From contig MU057711.1 in the NCBI GenBank assembly GCA_013265495.1, positions 1,240,001-1,304,000 on the forward strand: a stretch of DNA of 64,000 nucleotides, given 5' to 3'. This document shows positions 48,461-60,930 of this stretch, piece after piece. The notes beneath the pieces were generated by a model. The model had not been told where the DNA came from and did no database searches. It saw only the letters and a list, made by a program, of their open reading frames with translations. How positions within the stretch are numbered: position 1 is the stretch's first letter; the number at the start of each line of letters is the position of its first letter. Source of the DNA: Vicugna vicugna (lineage: Eukaryota). The translations under genes were made by a program, and so were the position numbers.

Positions 48461-49113
48461 CTGTTTCCTTTCCACACCCAGTGGCCATGCTGGACCTGAA
48501 GAATGAGATTCTTAAACCAGATGGTCTCCAGTGTCCAAGTCTCCATGGAAAAAGTGGGCCTTAGAGCCTGGGCGGAATGGAAACATTCCTTGTCCACTGG
48601 GCACCAAGAGTCCCTGCAGGGAGGGGCAGGGCAGCTCATTGGCCAGGAGCCTGGGCCTGTCTCTGAGCCTGGGCCTCTCACCTGCAGGACTGGGTTAACA
48701 CCTGTCTCAGGGGCCCCTTCTGAAACCACACCCTCGCCAGAAGCCTACATTAGCGCTTGCTCGGATTTCATTTATGAGTCTGACAAGATGTCTAAAATCT
48801 GCCTGAAGCGTTTTTCAAGCACTGGCCCAGCACTTTGTCATCCCAATTAGGCGTCTGTGAAACTCTCAAAGAAAAAGACTCCTGAGTGGGGCCTTAAGAA
48901 ATGGGTAAGATTTCAGTAGATGGAGAAAGGAAACTGTGGGACTCTGACAGGAGAAACAGAAAATCCCCTCTCACCATCCCCAGAGATTTCTCTGCCTTTT
49001 CTATGTTACACTTTTTTTCTTAGGTTAAGTCTTCATCTATTCCCCCCATTTTTTTCACTATTTACCTATGTATATACTTGCATTTAGTCTTTATATTCAT
49101 AGGAAAGATAGGG

Positions 49114-49138
49114 GTGTGTGTGTGTGTGTGTGTGTGTG
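49114..49138 (+). repeat. (GT)12 microsatellite
   Basis: Directly visible. Confidence 0.95.
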
Positions 49139-49199
49139 ATGTGGAAAATGGGGGATGGAATGGAGAGAGAGAAAGAATTTCTGATTTGTTTCTCTCAGG

Positions 49200-49780
49200 C
49201 TCATTAATGAATGGAAAAATGGGATCAAAACTAATTAACTAACTAATTAACTAGAAATTTTGATTCCATGTAATATGTCACAAATATCCCTCATAAATGA
49301 CCAGCTTTCAAAGAGTTGGATAAAATAAAATTCCCTTAAAATGAACAGGACACAAAGAGGCCTCTAATCTCTCTTTCAGGATTCAGAACAACCTTCAAGT
49401 TCTTAATTTCTCAGGGTCACCATTATAAACATCTATGAGCAGTGAAAACTGTTCTGGTTATTTGAATGTCCTGGGTATTTGGATCTGAATAAAAAAGAGT
49501 TGGCATTTCTACCTTATTCATCCAGCTATCTGGTGGGTTACAGCTCTGTCTGCTGCCTGTGTAATTAATCGTAGGGCTTAGCTAATGCCTCCTAAATTAA
49601 TGCAATTATCAGTGTCTCCGAATAACCAGCTTCCTGCACTGTTATCAAAACACACTGTTGATAGATCTGCAGCCAAAGCAGGGATGCTCTGAGACTGGAG
49701 TTGGGAGTGATTTTTAATTAACTTGTTTCTCATATCACAAAGGTGAGAAAAATACCGATTCTCAGTAGCTCCAGATTAAA
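49200..49780. promoter_or_regulatory. Candidate homeodomain-bound enhancer
   Basis: TCATTAATGA palindrome 49201; tandem (AACTAATTAACT)x2 49229-49252; GTAATTAATC 49561; TAAATTAATGCAATTA ~49593; TTAATTAA ~49714; no recognisable repeat. Inference only. Confidence 0.35.
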
Positions 49781-51516
49781 AGAATGGGAGAGGGGGGTGT
49801 GTGGCTAAGCAGAGAGTCATGAAAATAATAGCTACAAGGTATTTTTGTTCCAAAGCCTCCGCATCCACGCACTGTGTTTTATTACTGCAGTTGGTCAGGG
49901 CTCGGCCTTGAAACCTACAGCTTGCTCTCTGCTCTCATCTCAGGACTTCTGTCTAAGGAGCACCTGTTTTAATTTGCTCTGGGCTGAAGAGTGGCAGGGA
50001 GAGTCTCGAGCAGGACAAACGTTTCCTGGCCTCGCCTCTTCCACCCTGAAATATTTCATTAAGTGTGGAGTTCTGGAACTAAGATAAGGTGAGAGAAAGA
50101 GCATTTGTTAGCTTCGATTGGTTTTATGCTGCAGCCTCGCTTTTAAACGTTTGTATTTCCAGAAACACAGCCTGGTCTCTTGGTGTGGAAGCAGCTGCCT
50201 CTTTCCTGGGCAGACAGTTTGAACAAGGATGTCTGTTCTGGGGCTGGGTCATGAGGCTGCATCATTTGGCTCCGAATTTTCCAATGTGCACTGCTGGACA
50301 TCAGTCTGCAAGATGGTCCTTGAGCAAAAGAAAGGTCAAGTAAGCTTGGAAAATACTGTGCATCCTAGCACCCCCAGCCCCCCGCCAACCCCCAATCAGG
50401 AGATTTCCTATGTCTCATAATATAGCAAAGGCTTTGGAAGGTCCTGTATAAAGCAAGTATGCTCTTTGTCCCTTGTTCCTTTTTCCACACAGTGCTACCC
50501 AAGATGACTGACTGCAGACCTATTTCTCTCAATTTCATCTCTACTAGCATCAGGCAGAAGCAGTATTAGGTGGATTTTCACCCAGGCACATGCTCCCGCA
50601 GGGGAAAGAAACTGGGATTGGGGCCCTACCTGGAGACCTTGGTCTTCCCCATCTCTGTTACTACTTACTGCATGGTCTTGGCAAGTTCCTTCCCTTTTTC
50701 GGAACTCAGGCTTCCCTTGTGCACACAAAGGCCTTGCTCTTGGATTCTATGACTCTGTGAGGAGTGCAGACCAGTCAACTCAGTTAAAAACCAAGGGATA
50801 TTAAAGGACAGGGAAAGAGAGAAAGAAGGGGAGAGACCAGTTTAAGGAAAGAAGGAGAAAAGGACTAGGTTTCATGGAGACCATCTTGAGGGAGATGCTT
50901 TTCTTTGGAGATGGTTGAGAGTAGGAGTAAAGAATCAAAGATGGTCCTCCTTAAATGAGGACCTGTGACAGCACTGGATAAGGGGAAGAGTGACCTTCCT
51001 CCACATCTGGGATGCCAACAAGCCATCTAAAAATCTCTTCCACCATGAGGAGCTGCCAGTTTTGCTGCCAGGGTTCCTGCCACCCACTCACCATCCCCCA
51101 TCAGTGATGGCCATCTTCCGGTCTGGGCACAAGGGAGGAGAGAACACAACTTAGCCTGGTGGGAGGGACCCCAGGCTCCACATCGTGCCTTTCCTGTAGA
51201 GGAGGCAGCTCCTCTTCCAGGAGAATGCTGTTGACACTGCAGTGGAAAAGTCCTACCCCAGAGGTCGACCAACTTGGCTTCAGGCAACTAAGGAGGAAGA
51301 GCACTACCATTGCAACAGTTGAAAACAGAAGGTTAATAATTCTCCAAGTGACTCTTGTTATAAGCTCTTTCATATGCCCCTAACCAGGGGATCTGTCAGT
51401 GAAACAAAGGGAAGCACGGGACGGCAGTTTGTTACCCTGGGCAGAGTCACTTTCTGAGCCTCCTCTCATTCTGCTCAGATCTGTTCTTCTGGGAGATGGG
51501 TCTGGCTGATAGTAAT

Positions 51517-52135
51517 AACCACCATCTTATTAGCATTATTTTATTGTATAAATTTCAGGTGTATGGCATTGTAATTTGACCTCCTTGTGCACTACATTGT
51601 GATCACCACTGCAGATCTAGTTACCATCCCTCACCATACAGTCGACCCCCTTCACCCATTTCACCCACTGTCCTACCACCCTCCCTTCTGGTAACCACTA
51701 ATCTGACCTCTGTGTCTATGAGTTTGTCTTTGTTTTAGTTTGTTAACTTGTTTTGTTTTTTTAGATTCCATATTTGTGTGAAATTTAGAGATCTGACTTA
51801 TTTCAGTTAACGTAATACCTTTGACGTCCATCCACGTTGCCACTAATGGCAAGATTTCATTCATTTTCATGGCTGAGTAGTATTCCATTGTGCATATACA
51901 CCACATCTTTATCTGCTCATCCATCAATGGGACACATAGGTTGTTTGCATATCTTGGCTATTGAACATAATATTGCAATGAACATAGGGGTGCATATATC
52001 TTTTTGAACTCATGTTTCTGTGTTCCTTGGTTAAATACTCAGAGTGGAATAGTTGGGTCATAGGGTAGTTTTGTTCTTAATTTTTTGAGAAACCTTCATA
52101 CTGTTTTCCACAGTGGCTGCAATCACTATCTTATT
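51517..52135 (-). mobile_element. LINE-1 3' end with degenerate 15-bp TSD
   Basis: ORF 51673-51927(-) IKMWCICTMEYYSAMKMNEILPLVATWMD = ORF2p C-terminus; TSD AACCACCATCTTATT (51517) / AATCACTATCTTATT (52121) followed by AA. Confidence 0.88.
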
Positions 52136-53989
52136 AAATATGTTAAATCTTAAATAAAAATCATTTTATTATGGATAAAAACCACTTTAAAAAAGCTAAC
52201 CATATGAAGACTGTTGTGGGCTACAACCCTTGAGCAGGACCATCCACGTGTGATCTTACCTATTCTTCCTACATGGTTAATACTCTAATTATCCCATTTT
52301 AGAAACAAGGACCAAAGACCTAGAATCAAAAGACTGAAGCCTCTTCTCACTGCCTGCTTAGAGCAGAAGCTCCAGCCTGGACTCTCCCTCTCATCCAATC
52401 TGCAGGGTCCAAATGCCCCATTTGCCTGACTGGTCCTTTTGGCCTTTAAAGATTCTGAGATCTCAGATGACCAGCTCTTTTTTGTGTGTTCAGACTACTT
52501 TGTTAAATGATCACTGGCCCTCTTGTCCCTGGTGTGTGAGAGAGGCCCACTGGGTGGAACCTTCAGGAATCTCTGCTACAACAACAGACAGGTGGGACAC
52601 ACTGTCCCCCAGGTGCACACTCCTGGCAGCCCTACCTTGCTTCCTTTGGAGGGTCATCTCCAGTGAGCTGACCTGCTCTAGTCCATATGACCCTGCTACC
52701 TGGCCACAGCAGGTTGGCACAGCCGGGTCAGCCAATCCCCAGGCAGGCCAGCAAGCAGAGAAAAGTTTGGTGTGAAAGCTCTGCCAGCCATGACTTCCTG
52801 TCCTGCATGGCAATTGGCTGTACCTGTCATGTCCTCCCTTTGGAGGACTTGGGAGCTTGACTCTAGAGATGGAGGAGTTGGAGAAGGAGGTGAGGCCGGT
52901 GACAAAGAGCCAGAGAGGGAAGGGAGTGGAAGGCACAAGGGAAGAGGAGACAAAGAGAAGATAAGAGGTGGTGGTGGGAATGGGGGCAGCCGAGCTGAGA
53001 GCTGATGAATCCGCACAATGGGAGAGAGTAAAGGATGGGCCAGGTGAGGGGGGAACACGAGATCCAGGGGACTGAGTTGCTCCCACCAGCCCCTTCCTGT
53101 CTGTCTTGGGTCCTGGAGTGGGGCTGGCCAGTGTAACCTACTCTGCCCTGTATCCTAACATGAAGCTATGTAACCTCTATGAGGGGGCTGGAACATGACT
53201 CTGGCTCTGGAAGCCAAAAAACCCAAATGAATGCACCTCATGATTCTAGGGCTCTGCTAATGACTTCAGCTCATTAGAGGAGCAGGCCTCTCTTCCCTGT
53301 CCAACTGAATCACTTCTCCAGTGTCCTTCCTGTCTAGTCCATCATCAGAGGAGACCTGATGTGACTCTTCCCCTTATCACCTGCCCTTCCCCATTCTCCC
53401 CCCATCTCCCTTCCCTCCCTCTTTCTCCATCTGTCTGTCTTGGTCTTTCTCAAAACTTCAGAGTTGGTCAGTGAAGCAGCAATGCTCTTAAAAAACTCTG
53501 TCTGACAAAGGTGTGGGAGGATTTTACTTGATAAAGAGTGAACCAGAGAGAGAATTTCCTGGAGAAACCTGTCAAGTAGATTCTTATATCAACCTGTTTG
53601 TCTTGTTGGCTGGACTGTCAGCCTTTGGTGGAAGCAGAGGGAAAATCTGTAATTGTACTCAATGTGCTGGATGCATTTTGTCTCATCAGAACTGCCCCTT
53701 ACGTATCCCAGGCCCCCTTCTAAGAGAATCGGAGCCCAGTGGTGGTGGGCTTGATGCTTTGAGATTGGAGACACATATGTCCAGGACAGAGCTCTCAAGG
53801 ACTGTCCCATCCTGCTGACTCAGCATTTTATGAGCAACACTTGGGGAGGGACATACTGCTATCGTTTTGCTGCAAATTCTGTCACACATTAGGTCACCAA
53901 TGACTACATGGCAAGCCACAATTTCCTGGGAATATCTAGAAAACTACCCAAGACCCTGCCATCTCCAATCTTCTTGATCTTTGATTTTG

Positions 53990-54400
53990 TATGATTTAGG
54001 ATTTTCTGGTTGCCAGTGACAGAAATAACTCTGGCTGATCTTAATTAAACACCAGAAATTTATTAGAAGGATAGGGGGTTACTCATAAGAAGAGCTTGTG
54101 CACAGAGCTTGGAGGAGACAGAACTAGGCCAGTTCTGGTGGACAAAGCAACAGGAAACCACGGGCAGCCTGTTATAGGCACCTCTGATGGGATGAATCAG
54201 CAACCAGCATTTTCTGTCTTTGTGTCACTCTGCTCAAGGCTCAAGTTCTCATGAGGGAGAGGGACTAATTGGCCTGGTAGGGGTGAGGTGACGTGTCCAG
54301 CATTGCCAGGATCTCTCAGGCTGCATGCAGGGAGGCAGAGGGAAAATCAAGGATCTGTTACCAGAGGAAGGGGCCATGGTAGCTGGGCAACCACAGCATC
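53990..54400 (-). mobile_element. MLT1-type MaLR LTR relic
   Basis: 'ttaggattttctggttgccagtgacagaaa...ctctggctga...aatttattagaagga'. Confidence 0.55.
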
Positions 54401-55963
54401 TCCCCACCATGGGTCCTGAAGTTCTGTATCTGTCTTTGCTCCATCCTCCCTGCTTTACTATATTGTTTGCTGGATTTGGTACTTGCCAGCATTCCTCCCA
54501 AGTCTTCACCCCAGCTCTTGGTTCATTTGTTCATTGGTTTACTCATCCAACAAGAATGCACTGAGTACCTACGAGGGGTCATGCACTGGGTAGGACCTGA
54601 GCATATTTCGTGGTCCCCTCCAGTCCCGGGCTTGGTGAAACCTTCCTGCCTCACCTCATCTCATCCATCTCTTTGACTGGCATCCACCTCTGGCCTATAC
54701 AATGTGGGAAATATGGGAAAAGATTTGGAAAAATGTGACTCTCTGAATGAGTAGTAGGTTGTGGTATCTTTAGCCATTATCACCAAGAAGTGAGTCAGCA
54801 TGTGTCCCTTTGATGGGGCAGAGGATGGGAAAGAAAAGGTCTGGTACCTGGGGCCCTGATGAAGGCAGCTCAGGTTGGTGATGGGAACGTGCTAAGATAC
54901 GAGATCTCAGGCGCCCAGGGGAACATGCAGATAGAAGTGATGCATGGGACAGAGTGATAGAGACAAACAACACCTGATTTGGGGTCCAAGGGCCTTGCTC
55001 TGCATCTTGGCCATTCTGCCCACCAGCTGAATAACCTTGGGTCCCTAACAGGATCTGTCTCCTATGTCCTGCCCAGTTAGAAAAACCCCAGGCAGCAGAT
55101 CTGATGGATTCCTTTCACTCCACATCACATTGGATTCACATTTCCTCTCTATGCCAAAGCCAAAGGAAACAATCTCAACAGCCTGTCAGTTAAATCACAG
55201 GATGACTTTCAACCAGGGAGAAGCTTGTAACAAGAGGACAGTTGTACGTGTCTGTGAAGGTGTGGTCCAGCATGCAGCATTCTTGACAGACTGTCAGGGG
55301 GTCATCTGCCATCCTCTGTCCCCATTTGTGGCAGTCGCCAAGGGTCAAGCAGGCTTCTGCCCCTTGGAATGGAGCCTAGAAAGAGAACTCAGAACCATGT
55401 CCTCTGAGGAAGAGAGATGTTGAGATCTGCAGACCTGACCCCACATCTTCTACAATTTGTTAAGATCAGTTTGATCATTTCTCTAAACTGGGAGACTGTC
55501 ATTCACAATAAGCCTGGACCATTATTTTCTGATGAATCCAAAGTGAGACTGGAATTCAACTGTCCCTCCACATACACACACCCAGGGAGGGACTGCCAAG
55601 TTGGATGCTCACTGGACCATAGGAAGTCAGAAGCCTGGGCTTGGCTACTGCCCTTTGCAAAGGCTGGTTGGTGTTACAGGCAAACCTGGGGAGAAATAGG
55701 GAGTTAAGAGGCAGGTGGCATGCAGAGAACTAACTCTCTGTTCTGCCTGTGCTGAGGCACTTCTCCGGTATCTCCTGAGGCTGTGGACCAGGGCTGTTTC
55801 TTGGAGCTCAGAGACCAGTTACCAGGGCGAGGGGTGTGGTGGGCACCGCACTGCAAACATTCAGAATGGCAGGTGCCAAGTTTTAAGATTATGTCTGGGG
55901 TGTTTGTGCCGAGCATTAAGCACATAATGTGTGGAGAACTGCAGCAAGTCTTGACTTGACTTC

Positions 55964-56318
55964 TGTCTTAGTCCATTTGCTATAACAAAATACCAGAGGC
56001 TGGGTGGCTTATAAACAATGGGAATTTATTTCTCACCGTTCTGGAGGCTGGGAGTCTGAGATCAGAGCACCAGCACGATCAGGTTCTGGTGAGAACTCTC
56101 CTCCAGATTGCAGATGTCTTATTGTGTCCTCACACAGTGGAAGGGATGAGCCAGCTCTCTGGGGCCTCTTTTTATAAGAGCCTTAATACTATTCAAGAGG
56201 ACTTACCCTCATGACCCAATCACCCCCAAAGTCTTCACCTCCTAATACCGTTATCTTCAGCTTTAAGTTTTCAAAATAAAAATTAGGGAGAGACACAAAC
56301 ATTCAGTATCTGTGAGCA
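55964..56318 (-). mobile_element. MLT1A-like MaLR solo LTR
   Basis: 'tgtcttagtccatttgctataacaaaatacca...ttctggaggctggga...gacacaaacattcag'. Confidence 0.85.
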
Positions 56319-56689
56319 CCCAGAAATAATATATACCTCTCTAGATTGTGGTAAGGACTCAAAGATCAAATAGCTAGGAAAGTGTCCTGGGCCATGCGCC
56401 ACATAAGTGTTAGTCATATGGTTATTCCAGGGCAAGCAGAGAGAGAGAAAGTTTAAACTGGTCTCCTGTTTCCCCACATTGGAGAAAAAAGCTTCCTGAA
56501 TCAGCCTGGATTCTTATCTAGCCAGTCCCAGTGCCCCCAGAACTAAACTTTAGGGGCTTCAAGGCAGAGACACATTTCACTCTGGATGCGTCCCTCAGTT
56601 CCTAGCCTGGGACCAGGACCACAAGAAAGAGACAATAAACACCTGCAGAATGAGCTGTGAGTATTCACAAGGAATGCAAAGTGAAAACT

Positions 56690-57085
56690 ACAGGATAGTA
56701 AACAAACAAAACAAACAAACAAACAAAAAGAACCGTCATCACAAACTGATATGCCTTCAAGTGTCACATAAATTACTTTCATGAGTAGTGTGTTGGGTAG
56801 GTGACAGGGAGTGGTGGGGACTGTGGCAAACTGGAGAGAATGTGCCTCATCTCTTGGGAGCAGCTTCTCTTCTTAATTGTTACTATAAGGGAATGTGGGC
56901 TCCATGAAGCCAGATCTGAATATTTTGAAAGCAATAGTTTGTAGCCTGAAATCTACATTAAAAAATGATATCTCCACATTTTGAAAGTGCCAGTAACTAA
57001 TCCAAGAACAAAAAGAAGATAGCATTATGTGGAGTCTTCAAAACATCTGTTGGCCAGATTTGGTGTGAGAACAAGGCCTATGAGA
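56690..57085. mobile_element. hAT-Charlie-type relic containing a (CAAA)n tract
   Basis: 'gggactgtggcaaactggagag...gccagatct...aaacatctgttggccagatttgg'; subfamily uncertain. Confidence 0.45.
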
Positions 57086-58348
57086 CCTCAAATGACTCCT
57101 ACTTCTTTCTCCTGTCACAGATGAGGAGGCAAAGGCCCAGGGATGGGGAATGACTTGTCCAAGAATGCAGAGCTGATGATAAGCAGGGAGTTGTGATGGG
57201 AAGGGAGGCAAGTTAAGTACTTGGGAGCATCCCCGCGCCTCCAGGGAAGGCGGGACACCTTGCCTTCTCTCCCTGAGGTCCCTGAGCTTCCTTCCCCAGC
57301 CCGCTGGAAGGATGCTCTGGAAGGGGCAGGACACTGTCTGTGATCTAACTGCCATGAAGAGGTTGCCTTTATGTTGTCTGCATGAATAGAGCTTGTGGTG
57401 GAGCTGCTTCCCATTTTAGAGCCTCAGTACTGAGAAGTGGAGCAAGAGGAAAGGATGAACTGTGAAGCTGCAGGGAAAGGGGATTCCCAGGGCCATAGTC
57501 CAGTCGCCTTGGCCTTGGCAGCCTGCAAGCAGGCAGCCCTGCAAGCCTGCTAACTGCATACAGGAGAGGGGCAGGGAAGAGGCCAGGAGGAAGCCGCAGC
57601 AAAGAGCCCCTCTCACATCCTCCATCCTCCCCGCCCAGGAGCTACTGCCCGAGGCCCGGGGATGATTTGTTTGCCCACAAATCCAGAAGGGATGGCAGGC
57701 ACGTCATCAGGTTGGCTGAGGATGACTTGTTAATTAGGATGTGACACCAGGCCTGTGAGCTCAGAGCTGTTTGTGGGTTTGTGGAAGTTTGTTTGCTTTG
57801 TTTTATTGAGTGGGTGGCTCGGGCCATGGGCCATCATGGTAATAGAAAGCTGATAAACAGAGAAAACACAGGAAATCATTTGGCTTCAGCTCAAAATGAG
57901 GGCTGGAGGGATGAGGATTTGAGTGTTGGAGGAGGGACAGCAGCTGTTCTAGTCAGTGCAAACCAGGACTGGTTTGGGCCAGAACAGAACTCTGGGCCCA
58001 GGACCCCACCCCAAAGCCCTCACACCCTTCAGCCGCCCCCCGCAGCCTCGGCATCCAAGTCCCAGTGGAGCTGATGATCAGGTGTGGCGATGAACTCCGA
58101 GGGAAGCTTGTGCACTTAGGGATGCTCTTAAAGAAAAAAGGAAAACAAATTTATGTATGAAAGTGAATACTGATTTATAGTGGGGAAAAACCCTATAATG
58201 AATAAGAAAACTTGAAACACTGACAAGCCCCACAAATATCAGAAAAATGAGAACAGTAACAACGCTTGAATTAACTGCTGACATAGCTCTAAAATACTTT
58301 TTTATCTCTACATGTTTTGGCTTCATATTTTTGCCCCTTTTCTGTCAC

Positions 58349-58520
58349 TTTTTTAAAAATTGAAATATAGTCAGTTACAATGTGTCGATTTCTGGGGTAC
58401 AGGACAATGTTTCAGTCATGCATATACATACAAATATTCGTTTTCATATTCTTTTTCACTGTAGGTGACTACAAGATATTGAATATAGTTGTCTGTGCTG
58501 TAAAGAAGAAACTTGTTTAT
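58349..58520 (-). mobile_element. Short young L1 3' tip
   Basis: 'attgaaatatagtcagttacaatgtgtc...ttttcatattctttttcactg...tacaagatattgaatata', homologous to the 3' ends at ~3620 and ~35650. Confidence 0.8.
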
Positions 58521-59439
58521 GATTGCCTCTTTATATGACAATGATTAGGTAACATGATTGTTCCAGGGAGAATTGGAAGAATGGAAATGTCCAAATGGTG
58601 AGGACCAATGCCTTCATATTCCACATTCCATGCTGAGGATTGGAACCATGTCCCACAGACCAGCTTCTAGCTCTGTCCACTTCCTCACTTCTGGCACTGA
58701 GCACATTGGACATGTTCTTCTTGTGACACGACCCCTGGCCTTGTATCTTCACACTGTGATGTAAGGTTAGTTGGTAGGAGTCAGAGGAGGAATATTCCTG
58801 GATGCCATTCCCATGCTAGAACAGCTGGCCATAGCTTAATGCTACATGGAATTAACTGGAAACGATATCCATCTACTCACTATATTCATTCTAAATGTAA
58901 CTCCAGCCTCTCCTTAGCCAGATTGAACGCCTGCAGCTCGCCAACCCTGCCTGATGGGAGCATGTTGCAGGGGAAGAAACAGCCACTGTAACTGATGTGG
59001 TTCAAATATCTTTTGCAAATCTTACAAACACATCTGAGCATGTAAACCATCGGTAGTGCCTCTCCTGGGGCCTTGGAAGGGGCCAGTGTGTGTGAGGACC
59101 CAGGAGTTTCATCAGCTTCATGGTGATTCCACTTTCCTTAATGATCAGACTCAGCCAACATTTTTCTCCTGTCTCTCCTCCCCTTCACAGCTTCTCGGAT
59201 CTGGCAGAGTGGAATTCAAATTCCCAGCCCTGACATAGATAGGCTTTGTAGATTTCAGGAAGTTACAAAGGGAAGGCCAAGTTTTCTCCCTTTTGCGGGG
59301 TGCATCTTTGGCAGAGGAGAGAGCAATTCAGGCTGGACTAGCAAAAGCATCATTCTGAGAGCTGCTGGAGACCTTTGAGGTGACTTTGCTCAGTACTGCC
59401 CTAAGTCTGTCCTGTGGAATGCTGGTCAGCTGCTTGGAC

Positions 59440-59950
59440 AGCAGAATTTATTGAACAGCTTCTGTAAGCCAGACACTCATCTTGGTGATAGGATCATAGC
59501 AGTGAGTAGCGAGACAAGATCTTGCCCACATGGAGTTTATTTCAGTTCAGGGGGAAGGAGAGAAGACATTAAAAAAAGAATATTGTTTCAGATCAGTATA
59601 AATGGAAAACCTATTAAATAAATACTACTGGTTGTGGAGTTTGAAGTTGCTGAAACAGGCCAGCTGTGACTTTCTGGAGACCTGAACCAGAAGAGAGGCA
59701 GCCATATGAAGAGCTGGAGGAGCTGTCCAGGCAGAGGGTTCTGATCTGCAGCAGTCCTGGTGCGTTTGTGGGGCCGACAGGAGGCACAAGGATGAAAGGA
59801 GATGAGTTCAGTGAGGGAGCCAGACCAGAGCATGCAGGGCCTTAAACTGAGGTAGGGAGTTGGGGTTTTATTCAGATTGGACTTGAGAAGCCATTGGAAC
59901 AAATTGGAGCATGATAAGATCTGCTGTGAATTTTAATGAGATAATTCTGC
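59440..59950 (-). mobile_element. L2 LINE 3' region
   Basis: 'atttattgaac...gccagacact...catggagttta...gagacctgaa...gcagggcctt...gaagccattgga'. Confidence 0.75.
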
Positions 59951-59964
59951 CTGCAAGAAGAAGC

Positions 59965-60450
59965 TTTTTTTTTTTTTAAATAGAAGTACAGTTGATTTAC
60001 AATGTTATGCTAGTTTCAGGTATACAGAAAAATGATTCAGTTATACATATATATTTTTTCAGATTCGTTTCCATTATAGGTTATTGTAAGATACTGAATA
60101 TAGTTTCCTGTGCTATACAGTAAATTCTTGTTTTTTTAAATCTATTTTGTATATAGTAGTTTTTATCTGTTAATTCCACACTTCTAATTTCTCTCTCCTC
60201 CTTCCTTTCCCCTTGGGTAACCATTAGTTTGTTTTCTATGTCTGTGAGTCTGTTTTGTAAGTTCATTTGTATTATTTTTTAGATTCCACAATAAGTGATA
60301 TCATATAATATTTGTCTTTCTCTGTCTTACTTCACTTAGTATGATAATCTCTACATCCATACTTGTTACTGTACATGACAATATTTAATTCTTTTTTATG
60401 GCTGAGTAATAGTCCATTGTGTGTGTGTGTGTGTGTATGTATATATATAG
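59965..60450 (-). mobile_element. LINE-1 3'UTR (cetartiodactyl-type) ending in (TG)n/(TA)n
   Basis: poly(T), then 'gaagtacagttgatttacaatgttatgctagtttcagg...ttcacttagtatgataatctct'. Confidence 0.88.
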
Positions 60451-60514
60451 TAGATTTTTTCAGCATGTGCTTGTTGCAAAATGCTGTGTTTTCATATACA
60501 TTGTGTTTTCATAC

Positions 60515-60930
60515 AATCGGGACTGCTGCAGTTGCAAGAAACAGAAACCACTCAAGTTACGAAAGCAAAAAGGAGAAGCTATATCCTGAGGACCCAGGTA
60601 GGAGATCTCAGTGCAAGAAGCATGGCCTCAGCAAGCTCTAAAACCAGGAGCTACAGAGCCACCAGATATCAAAGCCACTTTTCTCCTTCACATACACTCT
60701 CCCTCAGGTCTGGGGAGAGCTTGTTAAAGACCTTCCCCTGCCCCAAAGCAAAAAATTGGCTTAGATGGGGTCTTTCCATCTCATCCAGCTGCAGGATTTT
60801 GGAGGGCATAAAATGGTACAGTTTCCCCATCCACAGGGGGAGGAGACCCTCTGAAGAAGCCAGGTTGCTGCCTTCATCCTTGTCTGCCCTGATGACCGCA
60901 GTATTTGTGGCTGTCCCCTGGGGTGCCACA
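60515..60930 (-). mobile_element. Old MaLR-type LTR relic
   Basis: 'tcgggactgctgcagttgcaagaaacagaaaccactcaagtta' resembles an MLT1 terminus. Confidence 0.4.

Noticed and set aside
52511..53086. 191-aa S/P-rich ORF on the minus strand
   Set aside because: Composition reflects a GA-rich low-complexity stretch; no protein similarity recognised.
58328..58532. Possible TSD TTGCC(C/T)CTTT around the short L1 tip, suggesting a tiny 3' transduction
   Set aside because: The match is short, imperfect and in T-rich sequence; could be chance.
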